Below, one piece after another: positions 34,997 through 44,766 of a stretch of 55,751 nt of DNA. Source of the stretch: a virus (Duplodnaviria > Caudoviricetes); the IMG/VR virus record IMGVR_UViG_3300048888_000044, positions 1 through 55,751 of that record; one strand, given 5' to 3'. The notes beneath the pieces are model-generated. The model was not told the DNA's origin, made no database searches, and worked only from the letters and a program-made list of their open reading frames with translations. Numbering within the stretch: position 1 is the stretch's first letter; each line of letters starts with the position of its first letter. Both the position numbers and the translations under genes were made by a program.

Positions 34997-36429
34997 AAAC
35001 AGCCATGTGTTGTTTGGGCCGGTTCGGGGACATCATCAACACGCTGCCGATGGCGTATGAGGACAGCCGGGTTCGTGGCGCAGTGGACTGGATCGTGTCG
35101 GAAGAGTTCGCCAGTGTTCTCGAAGGTTGCTCCTACGTGCGGCCGGTGATCTACACAGGGCAGTACTGGGACTTGCAAGGAGCGGTGAAACAATTCAGTC
35201 CTCGTTACGCAGAACTACGTATTGTCCAGCCGTGGTCGAGCAATTATCCGGGCGTCCAGTTGACCGAGAGCTTCTGCAAGAGCGCCTGGTGCCAAGTTGG
35301 GCGTAGAGATTGGCCGGGAAGGCTCGTGTTTGATCGGCGGGATCGTGCTCGGGAGGAAAGGTTATGGTCAACGATGTTGAATTCGGTCTCAATGAATCCT
35401 GACCACAAACCTGTCCTGCTGTGCGTTGACAGCACCTCCAGTCCTTTCAAGCACCGGTTGGAACTAATCACCTCTTTGCGTAAACGGTTTGGGGCTGAAA
35501 ACGTTTGGATTCTGGACCCCAAGGCCACGCGCATCTACGACCTGCTCGGGCTCTACGAACGCGCTGCGTGCCTCGTGACGGTGGATACGGCGCACCTGCA
35601 CCTTTCCTGGGCTGTGCCTCGGCTGCCGGTGGTGGCTCTGATAGCCGACACGCCGACCATGTGGCACGGAACAGCCACGAGGCCGAATCAATCGTTTCGA
35701 TGTCGCTACGCGGATTACCCGGCGCGCGCGGAAGAACTGACGCGAGCCGTCGATCAAGCCATTCAACCACGCCCGGAACAGAAGCTGTGGCATTGCTGGA
35801 GCGATTACCAGCGGTCCGGAGACTCGTCGCACCGTCACGATCAAGTCTGTGTGTCCTGGCTGACCGAGTACAACAAGGGTCATTGGGAGCGTGGAGCGTA
35901 TTTCAACGGCAAAGGCCGGCAATTGGGCAACCGAGAGCTTCACGCGGTCAAAGACATCCTCAACCATGCCGCAGACAAGGCGCAGGACAGCGACCTGCTC
36001 GTTCTGACGAACGACGACACCGGTTTTGCGGTCGGAATCACGGAAACGCTCTTGGACGTCGCTGCGTGGCCTCTGCCAGCGGCGTACGCGCATCGGTTGG
36101 ACTGGGACAATAGCTGTCCAACCATTCTCGACGGCGAGACGTATCCTGGGGTTGACCTGTTCGCGATCGGCGTCAAGTTGTGGAAGCAATGGCGGCTGGA
36201 GTTCCCTGACTGCGTAATTGGCGCCGAGCAATGGGATCTGGCCATGCTGGCGTTCATGCGACGCGTTGGAGCTCCTAACCTGGCCGGCGCGATCTGGCAC
36301 CAATCTCACGCGCCAAGCTGGGTCGGTTTCAACTCGGTCGTGGCCAATAATCATAACCGATTGGCTTGCGGGAAATGGTTTGATTCTCAAGGCATTACGG
36401 CAGACCAGGTGATTAACAACGAGTTATGA
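34993..36429 (+). CDS. GT9 (heptosyltransferase-like) glycosyltransferase with second GT-like domain
   Basis: LGRFGDIINTLP, LVTVDTAHLHL; C-terminal LTNDD..G.DLF..WD..WH..H. Confidence 0.75.
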   Translation: MKTAMCCLGRFGDIINTLPMAYEDSRVRGAVDWIVSEEFASVLEGCSYVRPVIYTGQYWDLQGAVKQFSPRYAELRIVQPWSSNYPGVQLTESFCKSAWCQVGRRDWPGRLVFDRRDRAREERLWSTMLNSVSMNPDHKPVLLCVDSTSSPFKHRLELITSLRKRFGAENVWILDPKATRIYDLLGLYERAACLVTVDTAHLHLSWAVPRLPVVALIADTPTMWHGTATRPNQSFRCRYADYPARAEELTRAVDQAIQPRPEQKLWHCWSDYQRSGDSSHRHDQVCVSWLTEYNKGHWERGAYFNGKGRQLGNRELHAVKDILNHAADKAQDSDLLVLTNDDTGFAVGITETLLDVAAWPLPAAYAHRLDWDNSCPTILDGETYPGVDLFAIGVKLWKQWRLEFPDCVIGAEQWDLAMLAFMRRVGAPNLAGAIWHQSHAPSWVGFNSVVANNHNRLACGKWFDSQGITADQVINNEL

Positions 36430-36761
36430 ACACTTTGGGCGGCGCGCGTAGCGATAAAGACACTGACTGCTCTGGTGGTCCATGCCGATCACTCATCTGT
36501 TGGTGTCTCGCCGAGACCGCGCGTCCGTCCTCTATCTATGTCACTCCGGAACTGTGTTCTTTTCAAACGTTTCTGGCGGCAGAGCGTGCCCTCAATGACT
36601 TCGTGGAAAACATGGCTCATAACTATTCACTAAGGGTGCGATCTGTATTTGATCCACTACCACTCACCGCGAGCGAGCAATGGATGTATGACCGATTGCG
36701 AGGGCAACTCGAAGCTGCAAAAGCCGGATACCGAGAGATGGTGAATCGTTGCAAGAAGTAG
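36426..36761 (+). CDS. Hypothetical protein
   Basis: Coupled ORF. Confidence 0.5.
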   Translation: MNTLGGARSDKDTDCSGGPCRSLICWCLAETARPSSIYVTPELCSFQTFLAAERALNDFVENMAHNYSLRVRSVFDPLPLTASEQWMYDRLRGQLEAAKAGYREMVNRCKK

Positions 36762-36762
36762 T

Positions 36763-37290
36763 ATGACTTGGGAATCCATCGACGGCTGGTTCGACTTCGC
36801 CGACGTTTACGACATGATTGCGTCCAAACTCGTGCCCGGCGACATCGTGGTCGAGGTCGGCAGTTATTTGGGTCGGTCAACGGCGTACCTATCGAGCAAG
36901 GTGCCAGCAGACGTGACGATCATCGCCGTGGATCCGTGGCCGCATTTCTCGCCCATTGCTGAACGTGTCGAGGTGAGAGAGGATTTGTACGGTTGCTTCC
37001 TGTCCAACATGTTACAGTGCGGCTGCAAGAACGTCTTACCCCTACGCAAGACTAGCATCGAGGCATCAAAGTGCCTCAGAAACGATTTGGCAGCGGTTTT
37101 CCTGGACGGCGACCACAGTTACGAGGCTGTGAAGGCGGAAATCCCTGCCTGGCTGTCCAAGATCAGGCCCGGAGGCATTCTGGCCGGCCACGACTTCGGA
37201 GCGGAGCACGAGGGCGTCAAACAGGCTGTGATCGAGCTGCTTGGCTCTAAATTTTCGCTCATGGGCCAATGTTGGGTGGTGCAATTGTGA
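36763..37290 (+). CDS. SAM methyltransferase (Methyltransf_24-like)
   Basis: VEVGSYLGRST, FLDGDHSYE, GGILAGHDF. Confidence 0.88.
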   Translation: MTWESIDGWFDFADVYDMIASKLVPGDIVVEVGSYLGRSTAYLSSKVPADVTIIAVDPWPHFSPIAERVEVREDLYGCFLSNMLQCGCKNVLPLRKTSIEASKCLRNDLAAVFLDGDHSYEAVKAEIPAWLSKIRPGGILAGHDFGAEHEGVKQAVIELLGSKFSLMGQCWVVQL

Positions 37291-38063
37291 CCTGGACCTC
37301 GTTCACCATCGTTTGCAACGAAGCGGAGTGGATCGAGGCGCAGGTCCGCTCGTGCGCCGAGTTCTACGACCGAGTGGTGGTGGTGGACGGCGCTGCAAAG
37401 GGTGACGGTTACGGCAAGGGAAACGGGTCCAAGCTCACTGGTGGTCAAATGGGATCAACCGACGGCACTCAAGACATTCTCAGGCGTCTAGAGAAGGAGA
37501 TTCCAAAACTGAAGGTGGTTTATGCCACTAGACCGTGGCAGGGAAAGACTTTCATGTGCAATGCCGCATTGTTCCACGTGCCACACGGCTGGCTGATGCA
37601 AAGGGACGTGGACGAGTTCTGGCACCTCGACGATTTGAAACGCCTGCGCGACGTGGTGGAAGACTCAGACTACACGGACGCAGAGTTTTACGCGTACCAC
37701 TACTGGGGAGATCGCCGGCATCACATGCGCCTATCCAAGGAAATCTGGGGAAACCAACTGCCTTGGCGCCGGCTGTTTCGATACTCGGGCGAGAGGTGGG
37801 AAAGCCATGAACCTCCCAAGCTGGTACGAGAAGACGAGAACGTGTTGAGCATGGACGAAACTCGCGCGCTTGGCTTGATAATGCACCATTACAGCTATTG
37901 CGACCTTGGCCAACTGCGGAAGAAGGAGATTTTTTACAGCATCGAAGGCCAGTTGGTGCCGACGATCGAGCAATGGCGTCGTGATCCGGAGTCAGTGCCG
38001 AAGAACGCGGATCTCGTGGAGTTTACTGGAGTTCACCCCGTCAATCTGCCCGTCGTAGAGTAA
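37287..38063 (+). CDS. GT2-family glycosyltransferase
   Basis: VVVDG...STDGT, DVDEFW, HHYSY. Confidence 0.8.
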   Translation: MTWTSFTIVCNEAEWIEAQVRSCAEFYDRVVVVDGAAKGDGYGKGNGSKLTGGQMGSTDGTQDILRRLEKEIPKLKVVYATRPWQGKTFMCNAALFHVPHGWLMQRDVDEFWHLDDLKRLRDVVEDSDYTDAEFYAYHYWGDRRHHMRLSKEIWGNQLPWRRLFRYSGERWESHEPPKLVREDENVLSMDETRALGLIMHHYSYCDLGQLRKKEIFYSIEGQLVPTIEQWRRDPESVPKNADLVEFTGVHPVNLPVVE

Positions 38064-38489
38064 TCACTTCGACAACAGCCGGAAAAACCGCATCGGTTCG
38101 GTGCGTTCTCCTGACAACGCCTGCGACACGGCCGAATCCGCGGCGGCTGAATCCTGCGTCTCGAGTACCGGAGTCCAATCCACCAGGTTGGTCGAGGTTT
38201 GAAGCTGCCAGGTGACGGCCAGATTCAATTCCTGAGTGGCCCAGGTGATCGAGGTGAGAGTGAAAGCGCCGGTGTCGCCGGTCTCGGCCTTGTATTGCTC
38301 CAGGACGCTGCCGGCGAAGTTGTCCACCTCGTTGGTCTCGGCCTGCTTCCGTTTCTCGTTGAACTGGTCAACCTTCTTCTGCAGCTTGTACACGACGCAG
38401 CCGCCGAGACCGACGACCGCGACCGCTGCCACTACGATGAGGACGGCGAGGGTGAAGCTACCGCGTTGCGAGTTGGGTTTGATTTTCAT
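38064..38489 (-). CDS. Prepilin-like membrane protein with Verrucomicrobia-type C-terminal motif
   Basis: QRGSFTLAVLIVV hydrophobic segment; LQTSTNLVDWTPV...RFFRL. Confidence 0.6.
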   Translation of the reverse strand: MKIKPNSQRGSFTLAVLIVVAAVAVVGLGGCVVYKLQKKVDQFNEKRKQAETNEVDNFAGSVLEQYKAETGDTGAFTLTSITWATQELNLAVTWQLQTSTNLVDWTPVLETQDSAAADSAVSQALSGERTEPMRFFRLLSK

Positions 38490-38651
38490 GCGATTATTTT
38501 TCCTCCTTCGTAACACAGAACCAACGTTCTTTCCCGACCTGGGTTTGCAGCCACCAGCAGTAAAGCCGCGCGGTCCACTGAAACCGGAACCTGGTCGGCC
38601 ACAGCACCGGACCGTCCACGGCGAGTGAGTGAAACGCGATGCGGTAGCGGG

Positions 38652-38879
38652 TCATGGCCCTTTCCTCTTCAGGTCCGCGACGTGAGCCGCGGCGCCGACG
38701 AACAGGCCGACGAAAAAACCAGTGCAGAATATCGGACCTTGTTGACGCGCGCTGATTGAGTCCAGCCAGCACGCCAGCACCATGCCGACGAGACACAGCA
38801 CGCCAATCAGAATCAGCGAGTGCAACGGCTGACGATCCGTCCAGGCGTCCAGGCGTTTGAACCATTGTGGGGTTTTCAT
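38652..38879 (-). CDS. Two-TM membrane protein
   Basis: Two hydrophobic segments. Confidence 0.6.
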   Translation of the reverse strand: MKTPQWFKRLDAWTDRQPLHSLILIGVLCLVGMVLACWLDSISARQQGPIFCTGFFVGLFVGAAAHVADLKRKGP

Positions 38880-39148
38880 GGTGTCTCCTTCGTTGCGGCT
38901 GGGCCATTCGCTCTAAATTCGTTGTAAAGCCCAAATCTTGCGAAACGAATTGCGTCGGGATGAGCCGCAAATGCTTCTTTAAGTGTTAGGGTGCCAATAT
39001 AAATCCAAGTTCCCCTTGGGATAACTAATTTCATAAATACCGTTTCCTCTTTTTTCGGAGAACGGTAGCCGGTATCAAATCCCATGTATTGTGGCTTACC
39101 ACCGCGAGGGTGTTTTTTATGCCATCGCATTGTTTGTGCATAGCTCAT
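38876..39148 (-). CDS. Hypothetical protein
   Basis: Coupled ORF. Confidence 0.55.
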   Translation of the reverse strand: MSYAQTMRWHKKHPRGGKPQYMGFDTGYRSPKKEETVFMKLVIPRGTWIYIGTLTLKEAFAAHPDAIRFARFGLYNEFRANGPAATKETP

Positions 39149-39471
39149 ATTCCCTCCTTCGTTGCGGCGAGGGTGGAAGTCGCAAATTCAAAGTCATTCA
39201 ATGCTCCCTTGAAAGCAGCCTCATTTAACCATTCTTCACGATATGGCTTCCGATTGACTCGCTGCAACGCTTGCCTCAAAACCTTATTTTGCTCCACGAG
39301 GCGGGTTTGAACGGCTCGCAACCGGATTATTTCGTCCATCACGAGCGCGGAACTATCAGGAGACAAACCAAGACACTGCAACAGTTCATAATCAAGCTGC
39401 GTATGCGTCCCCCGCTGTTCCGTGCCGTTGTCGGTTGAGCGCAGGTTCTGGACTGTTTTTAGTTGAGTCAT
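39145..39471 (-). CDS. Hypothetical protein
   Basis: Coupled ORF. Confidence 0.55.
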   Translation of the reverse strand: MTQLKTVQNLRSTDNGTEQRGTHTQLDYELLQCLGLSPDSSALVMDEIIRLRAVQTRLVEQNKVLRQALQRVNRKPYREEWLNEAAFKGALNDFEFATSTLAATKEGI

Positions 39472-39543
39472 AGGGTCATACTTTCCAGCGTATCAGGTTG
39501 TCAGGCGTTTGAATAGCAGGACGATCATGTCAGATGCGCTGGG

Positions 39544-40233
39544 TTAATAGGTGAAACCGAGTGATTCAACAGCGGCCCTAAATTCGGCCATGAGCGCCGG
39601 CAGGCGATCCGCCAAGCGTTGCTCCAATCCTGGTGCTGTCAATTCCTCGTCCGTCGCATCCGGCCACACAGCGGAAGACCTGGCGCTATTCAGCTCGCGT
39701 TCTTTTCCTTCCCCGGTGCGTCCGTAAGGCTGCCATTCGAGTGTCACCGGCGCCGGCTTGGTTGCTGAATACACGTCGCGTTTGCTTCTGTCGGGAAGTT
39801 CCAACACCCAATTGGGAACACCCTCGACTCCGTTGTTCTGGTTTGGACCGCGCGAAGTGTGCTGTCGGAATTCTCCCTTCTTAAGCCCCCAGCAGTCTCG
39901 ATCCCCAGCCAGATAAAGGACGTTTGCGGGGTAGTGCGTCGGTCCATCTGAGCTTGTCAGATGCCATTTGATAAACGGCGCAAGTTCCGGGAAATGTTTG
40001 GCAACCTCGTCGTGACAGCAGCCACCTGAATCTTCACGCCACCGGCCAGCGTCATCTTTCACGTCAATGTCCGCCGTGATGGAAAAGGAGTTGTGTCCAT
40101 TTCCGCACTCGTCATCATAACGCACCTGCGCCTTTATCCGGTACGTGCATCCGTTTTCGCAATAAACCTTTGGTCCATAGAAACGCTTCTGCGACTTGGT
40201 TAATACTGACTCATTCGTTGTCGGTGTGTTCAT
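39544..40233 (-). CDS. Phage-type early protein
   Basis: [27 protein letters not shown]....GP.HY.AN. Confidence 0.75.
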   Translation of the reverse strand: MNTPTTNESVLTKSQKRFYGPKVYCENGCTYRIKAQVRYDDECGNGHNSFSITADIDVKDDAGRWREDSGGCCHDEVAKHFPELAPFIKWHLTSSDGPTHYPANVLYLAGDRDCWGLKKGEFRQHTSRGPNQNNGVEGVPNWVLELPDRSKRDVYSATKPAPVTLEWQPYGRTGEGKERELNSARSSAVWPDATDEELTAPGLEQRLADRLPALMAEFRAAVESLGFTY

Positions 40234-40877
40234 AGTTTTAGTTCTCCCGATTCAATCGCGCTCAACATCGCGCGAAGATTGTTTCGGTGCTCCTTCGCCA
40301 GGCGCAAGTAGGCTTCCGGCGGTTTCCCGTTTAACCCTTCCTTGTCGGCAATTTCACGCGCTCTCGCCGCGAATGCCGGCGCCAAGTCACGCCGCGCAAG
40401 CTCGACGCGAATGCAACGCGACAACAGCGGCGAGCCGTCATCCGACTCGAATAACATGTCCTGTGTTCCCTCGTTCGTCGTTGTGAACACCCAAGCGACG
40501 TGGCCTGGAATCCTTTCGAGCGTCACCAGTAGTTGACGCACTGAATCTTTCCTCAGGCCGTGCGCTTCGTTCACAATGAACACGCGACCGTTGCGAACTC
40601 CCATGCCCAACGTCGCGCAATCGCGTTCAAGCTCACGTACGCGTTGCGGTGTCATCTCACCGGCGTCGATCTCAACCGTGTTCCAATCGTCCGCCATGTC
40701 CGCGGCAAGCAACTTGGCAATCGTCGTCTTGCCAGTTCCACTTTGGCCGGCGACCCAATACGCGCGTCCGCCAAATCCTCCCGTTTGCCGTACCGCCAGC
40801 AAACGGTTCACGGCCTTGTCTTGCGCGATAACCTCAGACCAGGTTTGCGGCCGGTATTTCTCGAAAAGGGGTTTCAT
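40230..40877 (-). CDS. Clamp-loader (DnaX/RFC)-like AAA+ ATPase
   Basis: [24 protein letters not shown]. Confidence 0.85.
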   Translation of the reverse strand: MKPLFEKYRPQTWSEVIAQDKAVNRLLAVRQTGGFGGRAYWVAGQSGTGKTTIAKLLAADMADDWNTVEIDAGEMTPQRVRELERDCATLGMGVRNGRVFIVNEAHGLRKDSVRQLLVTLERIPGHVAWVFTTTNEGTQDMLFESDDGSPLLSRCIRVELARRDLAPAFAARAREIADKEGLNGKPPEAYLRLAKEHRNNLRAMLSAIESGELKL

Positions 40878-41062
40878 GGCTTTGTTTCCTGTTCAATCTG
40901 TCTTGCGACCGTCGCGCGTAGCTCGTTTAGCTTTTCCACGGAAACGATTTTGTTGAAAACCCGGTCCGGATAAAACCCGTTGAACATGTTTGGGCCGCCA
41001 GGGAAAATAACCGTTACACTATACTTGCCGTCCCTCCGTTGTTTTACGTTTGCAAGTTTCAT
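40874..41062 (-). CDS. Small hypothetical protein
   Basis: Coupled ORF. Confidence 0.5.
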   Translation of the reverse strand: MKLANVKQRRDGKYSVTVIFPGGPNMFNGFYPDRVFNKIVSVEKLNELRATVARQIEQETKP

Positions 41063-41241
41063 GGCAGTATTTTCACGTCCAGGTTGCGAACGAAGTCAAC
41101 CATTTCGCCGCGCAACCAGGTTTGAAAACCTTGTGGATTTTTGCGCCATGCGTCCATGTCCTGAGTCGCGCACAAGCGTTTGAGAAACACAGTTAACGAC
41201 GCCTCTTCCCCATTGCAGTATTCGAGTCGGATTGTTTTCAT
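41059..41241 (-). CDS. Small hypothetical protein
   Basis: Coupled ORF. Confidence 0.5.
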   Translation of the reverse strand: MKTIRLEYCNGEEASLTVFLKRLCATQDMDAWRKNPQGFQTWLRGEMVDFVRNLDVKILP

Positions 41242-41242
41242 G

Positions 41243-41488
41243 TTAGACGTACTGAACCGGCTTGAATTGTTTCGCGAACACGCCAACGCCGAAGTCCATC
41301 ACGCAAGCGGCGTCAAACGAACTGCCACAGCTCATCAAATAGTCCACGTCTTTTCGCCCGATGCGTTTGACGCGCGGCTCGCAATCGTCCGCCAGACATT
41401 CAATGTAAAAACGGCCTTTGCTTTCAATGACTCGAAAGCGATCCGTTGTCTTGTGAACCAGTCCGCCTTTGCGTTTAGTTGTTTTCAT
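41243..41488 (-). CDS. Small hypothetical protein
   Basis: First gene after leftward promoter. Confidence 0.55.
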   Translation of the reverse strand: MKTTKRKGGLVHKTTDRFRVIESKGRFYIECLADDCEPRVKRIGRKDVDYLMSCGSSFDAACVMDFGVGVFAKQFKPVQYV

Positions 41489-41496
41489 CTGTCGTG

Positions 41497-41560
41497 AATC
41501 TACACTCCCCTTGCCTAGTGTCAACAAAAGATTTGACATGATTAAATCCCCCTGTATGGT
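41497..41560. promoter_or_regulatory. Back-to-back divergent sigma70 promoters
   Basis: Leftward TTGACA-N16-TAGATT; rightward TTGACA-N16-TATGGT, at strand switch. Confidence 0.75.
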
Positions 41561-41612
41561 TCACCCAAGCTCAATCAAGAGCGCAACGAAACAACAAACA
41601 AAACTCGTCACA

Positions 41613-41945
41613 ATGAATACAACAAATCGGATACTCGCCGGAATCGAAAGAGCAAAGGCCGCCATTGCTTCAAAAGGTCTCACAGCGGAAAAGATTGAAG
41701 CCATGCGCAAGTCAATGGACATGTCCTTGGATGAATACTCACGCTTCCAGGAATTGAAGTCACTCGCCAGCACAACAGGACGCCTAACGTTGGACGAAGC
41801 GCAAAGCGTTTATGCGTTCCTCGGGAATACCCCACAGCATTTCAACGATCAACCCCTCGCCGTGAAGTACACTCTAACCAGTGTTTTCCAGTCGTTACTC
41901 AACGATCAAATCATGGCGAAGAATCGAGTCGGCGCCGGTGCCTGA
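41613..41945 (+). CDS. Hypothetical early protein
   Basis: ATG after promoter. Confidence 0.6.
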   Translation: MNTTNRILAGIERAKAAIASKGLTAEKIEAMRKSMDMSLDEYSRFQELKSLASTTGRLTLDEAQSVYAFLGNTPQHFNDQPLAVKYTLTSVFQSLLNDQIMAKNRVGAGA

Positions 41946-41976
41946 TCTCAACTCCAAACATCAAAGACAAATCACA

Positions 41977-42150
41977 ATGAAAGCAAAAATCGAAAACGGC
42001 AAACTCGTCCTCGAACTTGATATTCAACCGACAATCTCGAAGTCGGGCAAAACTCTTCTTGTCGCCGGGACCAAGGGATTTACACAGACTACCGCGGTCC
42101 ACGATGGGAAACAAATCTCCGTGTCAGTCAACGCAACCGTGCCACGTTGA
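41977..42150 (+). CDS. Small beta-rich putative DNA-binding protein
   Basis: SKSGKTLLVA.T.G motif. Confidence 0.6.
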   Translation: MKAKIENGKLVLELDIQPTISKSGKTLLVAGTKGFTQTTAVHDGKQISVSVNATVPR

Positions 42151-42154
42151 GACT

Positions 42155-42457
42155 ATGAGCAAAACTTTAGACTTCGACGCGCGCTTCTCTGTCTCCGGTT
42201 GGCCGGGAATCGCTTTCTACGCTATTGGCTACGCTTCAAACCAAGTTCCCGTAATCGGTTTCACCCTCGACGACGAGGGAAACGAAATCGAATGCGAGAC
42301 TGGCGAGTTTGAACCCGAGACAGATTATTCTCGCGTCGTCGTTGTCATGGTTGGCGACGACCGCAAACATACGGTTGACGTTGACGATCTCACCGAGCTT
42401 GCCGACGGCGCCTATTGTCATTCGTGTGGACAAATCGGTTGCACTCACAACGCCTAA
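42155..42457 (+). CDS. Acidic protein with C-terminal CxxCxxxxC
   Basis: VMVGDDR.H.VD...YCHSCGQIGC. Confidence 0.65.
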   Translation: MSKTLDFDARFSVSGWPGIAFYAIGYASNQVPVIGFTLDDEGNEIECETGEFEPETDYSRVVVVMVGDDRKHTVDVDDLTELADGAYCHSCGQIGCTHNA

Positions 42458-42463
42458 ACCCCT

Positions 42464-42766
42464 ATGCCTAACAACAAATCGAACCCTACCTCAGGACCGT
42501 GGATTGTCTTCGAGGGCAAAGGAAACTTTTACGTCGAAGCACCAGGGTCAAATCCTTCGAGTCGTGTCATGGTTTGCACTATCCACGAAACTTCCGTTTC
42601 TATCGAACAAGCAACGAGAGCCGAACATGACGCCAAGCTCATCGCCGCAGCACCAGACTTATTCGAGGTCGCTCAAATGGTTGCCAGTTCAATCAAGGTT
42701 GAAGAGATGTCACTGATCTCCGCCGCGCGCGCTGCTATCAAAAAAGCAACCGGAGGTGACAAGTGA
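42464..42766 (+). CDS. Phage protein (GPW...AKLIAAAPDL family)
   Basis: Motif recognition. Confidence 0.75.
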   Translation: MPNNKSNPTSGPWIVFEGKGNFYVEAPGSNPSSRVMVCTIHETSVSIEQATRAEHDAKLIAAAPDLFEVAQMVASSIKVEEMSLISAARAAIKKATGGDK

Positions 42767-42981
42767 AAGAAGCAACGCCAATCCAAACTTGCGAGTGCGA
42801 CAATTGCGAGTGGACCGGACCAATAGACAAACTTCGCTGCCAATTGCCAGACATCGAAAATCTTTTTGAACGTCTCGACGTTGGCTCTGAGGTTCCAGCC
42901 GGCGAATGCCCGAAGTGTGGCGCACTAGCTTATCTTAAAACAGACGATTTGATTCTGACACCGGATCTTCTAAAATCGTAA
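42763..42981 (+). CDS. Zn-finger protein
   Basis: CDNC...PAGECPKCGAL. Confidence 0.65.
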   Translation: MKEATPIQTCECDNCEWTGPIDKLRCQLPDIENLFERLDVGSEVPAGECPKCGALAYLKTDDLILTPDLLKS

Positions 42982-42997
42982 TCACTTCTCTACTCTC

Positions 42998-43028
42998 ATC
43001 CCCCGGCTCACTACCGGGGATTTTTTTT
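42998..43028 (+). terminator. Rho-independent terminator
   Basis: CCCCGG-loop-CCGGGG followed by T8. Confidence 0.85.
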
Positions 43029-43066
43029 AGCTTGATTCATTCGCACTCAGGTTTTACGGTGCCAAC

Positions 43067-43534
43067 GTGGTCGCTGATGTTCAAGCTACAGAAGTCCCCG
43101 CCAAGTTGACTAAGCCTAAGCCTTACGTTGACAGAGCAAAGTATCCGCCGCCGAACCAACGCAACCGCGCTTCATTCATTCGCGACGCCCTTGACCTCCA
43201 AAAGGAAATGAAGCGAATGGCCCTTGCGAATGACACGCCTGTTCATCACAAGGCAGCTTGCGCACGCGCTTGGACCGATCTCTGCGAGCGCATTCGCATC
43301 CTCCGCGGTCAACCGATGCCTGGCGTTCTCAGGCCGGAAGGATCCGGCAAGCGAAAAGGCGGACGCGGCAAAGGTGCTGAAGCAGGCGTCAAAGAGGCAG
43401 GAAGCAAGTCCGATCTCAAGCCCCAAGTTACGCCAGCCGATCCGCCGGCGCCGATTGTGGTTGTCCAACCCCAACAGGTTGTGGATTTGCCGGGCGAAAA
43501 CACGGAGCCCGACCACAAGCGCGCAAACGGTTGA
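43067..43534 (+). CDS. Hypothetical protein, possibly terminase small subunit
   Basis: Helical core, ARAW..L.ERIRILRG.P.PG; function is a guess. Confidence 0.4.
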   Translation: MVADVQATEVPAKLTKPKPYVDRAKYPPPNQRNRASFIRDALDLQKEMKRMALANDTPVHHKAACARAWTDLCERIRILRGQPMPGVLRPEGSGKRKGGRGKGAEAGVKEAGSKSDLKPQVTPADPPAPIVVVQPQQVVDLPGENTEPDHKRANG

Positions 43535-43867
43535 CGTTGCAATGGTTTGCAATCGGTCGAAGTGAAGCTATCCAATGTTGTGCGAAACTCTCCTCTATTT
43601 CGATCCAGGATGCCCCAGGACGATTTGACCGCTACCAGGACACCTCCAGGACTCTAATCGTTGATCCTGCCCGGCAAAGCGCGCGCTCTTCAATGCTGTT
43701 TACTGGCTGTTTCAACCCTCGAAAGCATCCTTTTTTGCCCAGGGGTCCCCACACCACCGGCCCGGCGCCCCCCGCAGAGTGTGACGGGCGGGCGTAGAGG
43801 CTCCACATTTGCTAGACCCCATTTTTTCAAAATCATTGACGATGTTCCGACAGGAACGGAAGTGGAA

Positions 43868-44026
43868 TGTAACGCCATGTAACGTTTTGTAACAAACGTG
43901 GATGTTACAAAGTGTTACCCCTGCTTCTGAGTATGAGTATGAGAATGAGTACAGAGGGGGTGTGGGGGAGAGGCGAGAAAGAAATAATTTGACAGTGTAA
44001 CATTTCAGGTGTTACAAGGTGTTACG
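43868..44026. promoter_or_regulatory. Putative replication origin / iteron array with rep promoter
   Basis: 10-bp-phased TGTAAC and GTTAC repeats, GAGTAT-type repeats, TTGACA at 43989. Confidence 0.65.
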
Positions 44027-44766
44027 TGTTCAACAAATTATTTTCAAAGATATTGGATTCTTCGATTTGGCTGGAGCCGACGACGACGCGGATCGTGTGG
44101 ATCACGTTGTTGGCGGCGATGGATGAGGATGGGTATGCGCATTTTAGTGCGCTTCAAAACTTGGCGGATCGGGCGAGGGTAAGTTTGGAGGAGGTGGAGG
44201 AAGCGGTGAAATGTTTTGAATCACCGGATGAGAATTCAGGGAATCCCGACAATGAGGGGAGACGGATAGAGCGTGTGCCTGGAGGATTTCTGGTTTTGAA
44301 CGCGGCGTATCATCGGGACATGATGAACCGGGTGATACAGCGGGAGAAGACGAGGGTTCGGGTGGCAGAGTGGAGGAAAGGCAAGGGAAAGCCGGAGGAA
44401 AAAAAAGAGGCGACGAATTTCAAGGTGCCGGCGATTGAGGAAGTGAAGTTGCTTTTTGCAAAAGGAGGCGGGAGTGAGACGGAGGCGGAAAAGTTTTGGC
44501 ACCACTACAACTCGAAAGGTTGGCTGGTGGGGAAAAGCAAAATGCGTTCGGTATCGAGCGCGGCGGCGGGCTGGATAATGAGATCGAAAGAGGGAACTTA
44601 TGGAAACACAGGAAGCAAAAACGTCGGCAAAGTTAATCCCCGTCTTATTGGGGTCACTCGCGGAAGTACGGACTACGGAGAAGCCATTAAACGAAAATCG
44701 GCTAAGGGAGTGGTCGAACAAATGGCTGAAAATGAACTCAAGTCATCCCCGAATAAGGGAGCTTGA
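44026..44766 (+). CDS. Replication initiator protein
   Basis: KLFSKILDSSIW N-terminus, F..P.IEEV, KF..HY.SKGW.VGK..M C-terminal domain. Confidence 0.8.
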   Translation: MFNKLFSKILDSSIWLEPTTTRIVWITLLAAMDEDGYAHFSALQNLADRARVSLEEVEEAVKCFESPDENSGNPDNEGRRIERVPGGFLVLNAAYHRDMMNRVIQREKTRVRVAEWRKGKGKPEEKKEATNFKVPAIEEVKLLFAKGGGSETEAEKFWHHYNSKGWLVGKSKMRSVSSAAAGWIMRSKEGTYGNTGSKNVGKVNPRLIGVTRGSTDYGEAIKRKSAKGVVEQMAENELKSSPNKGA

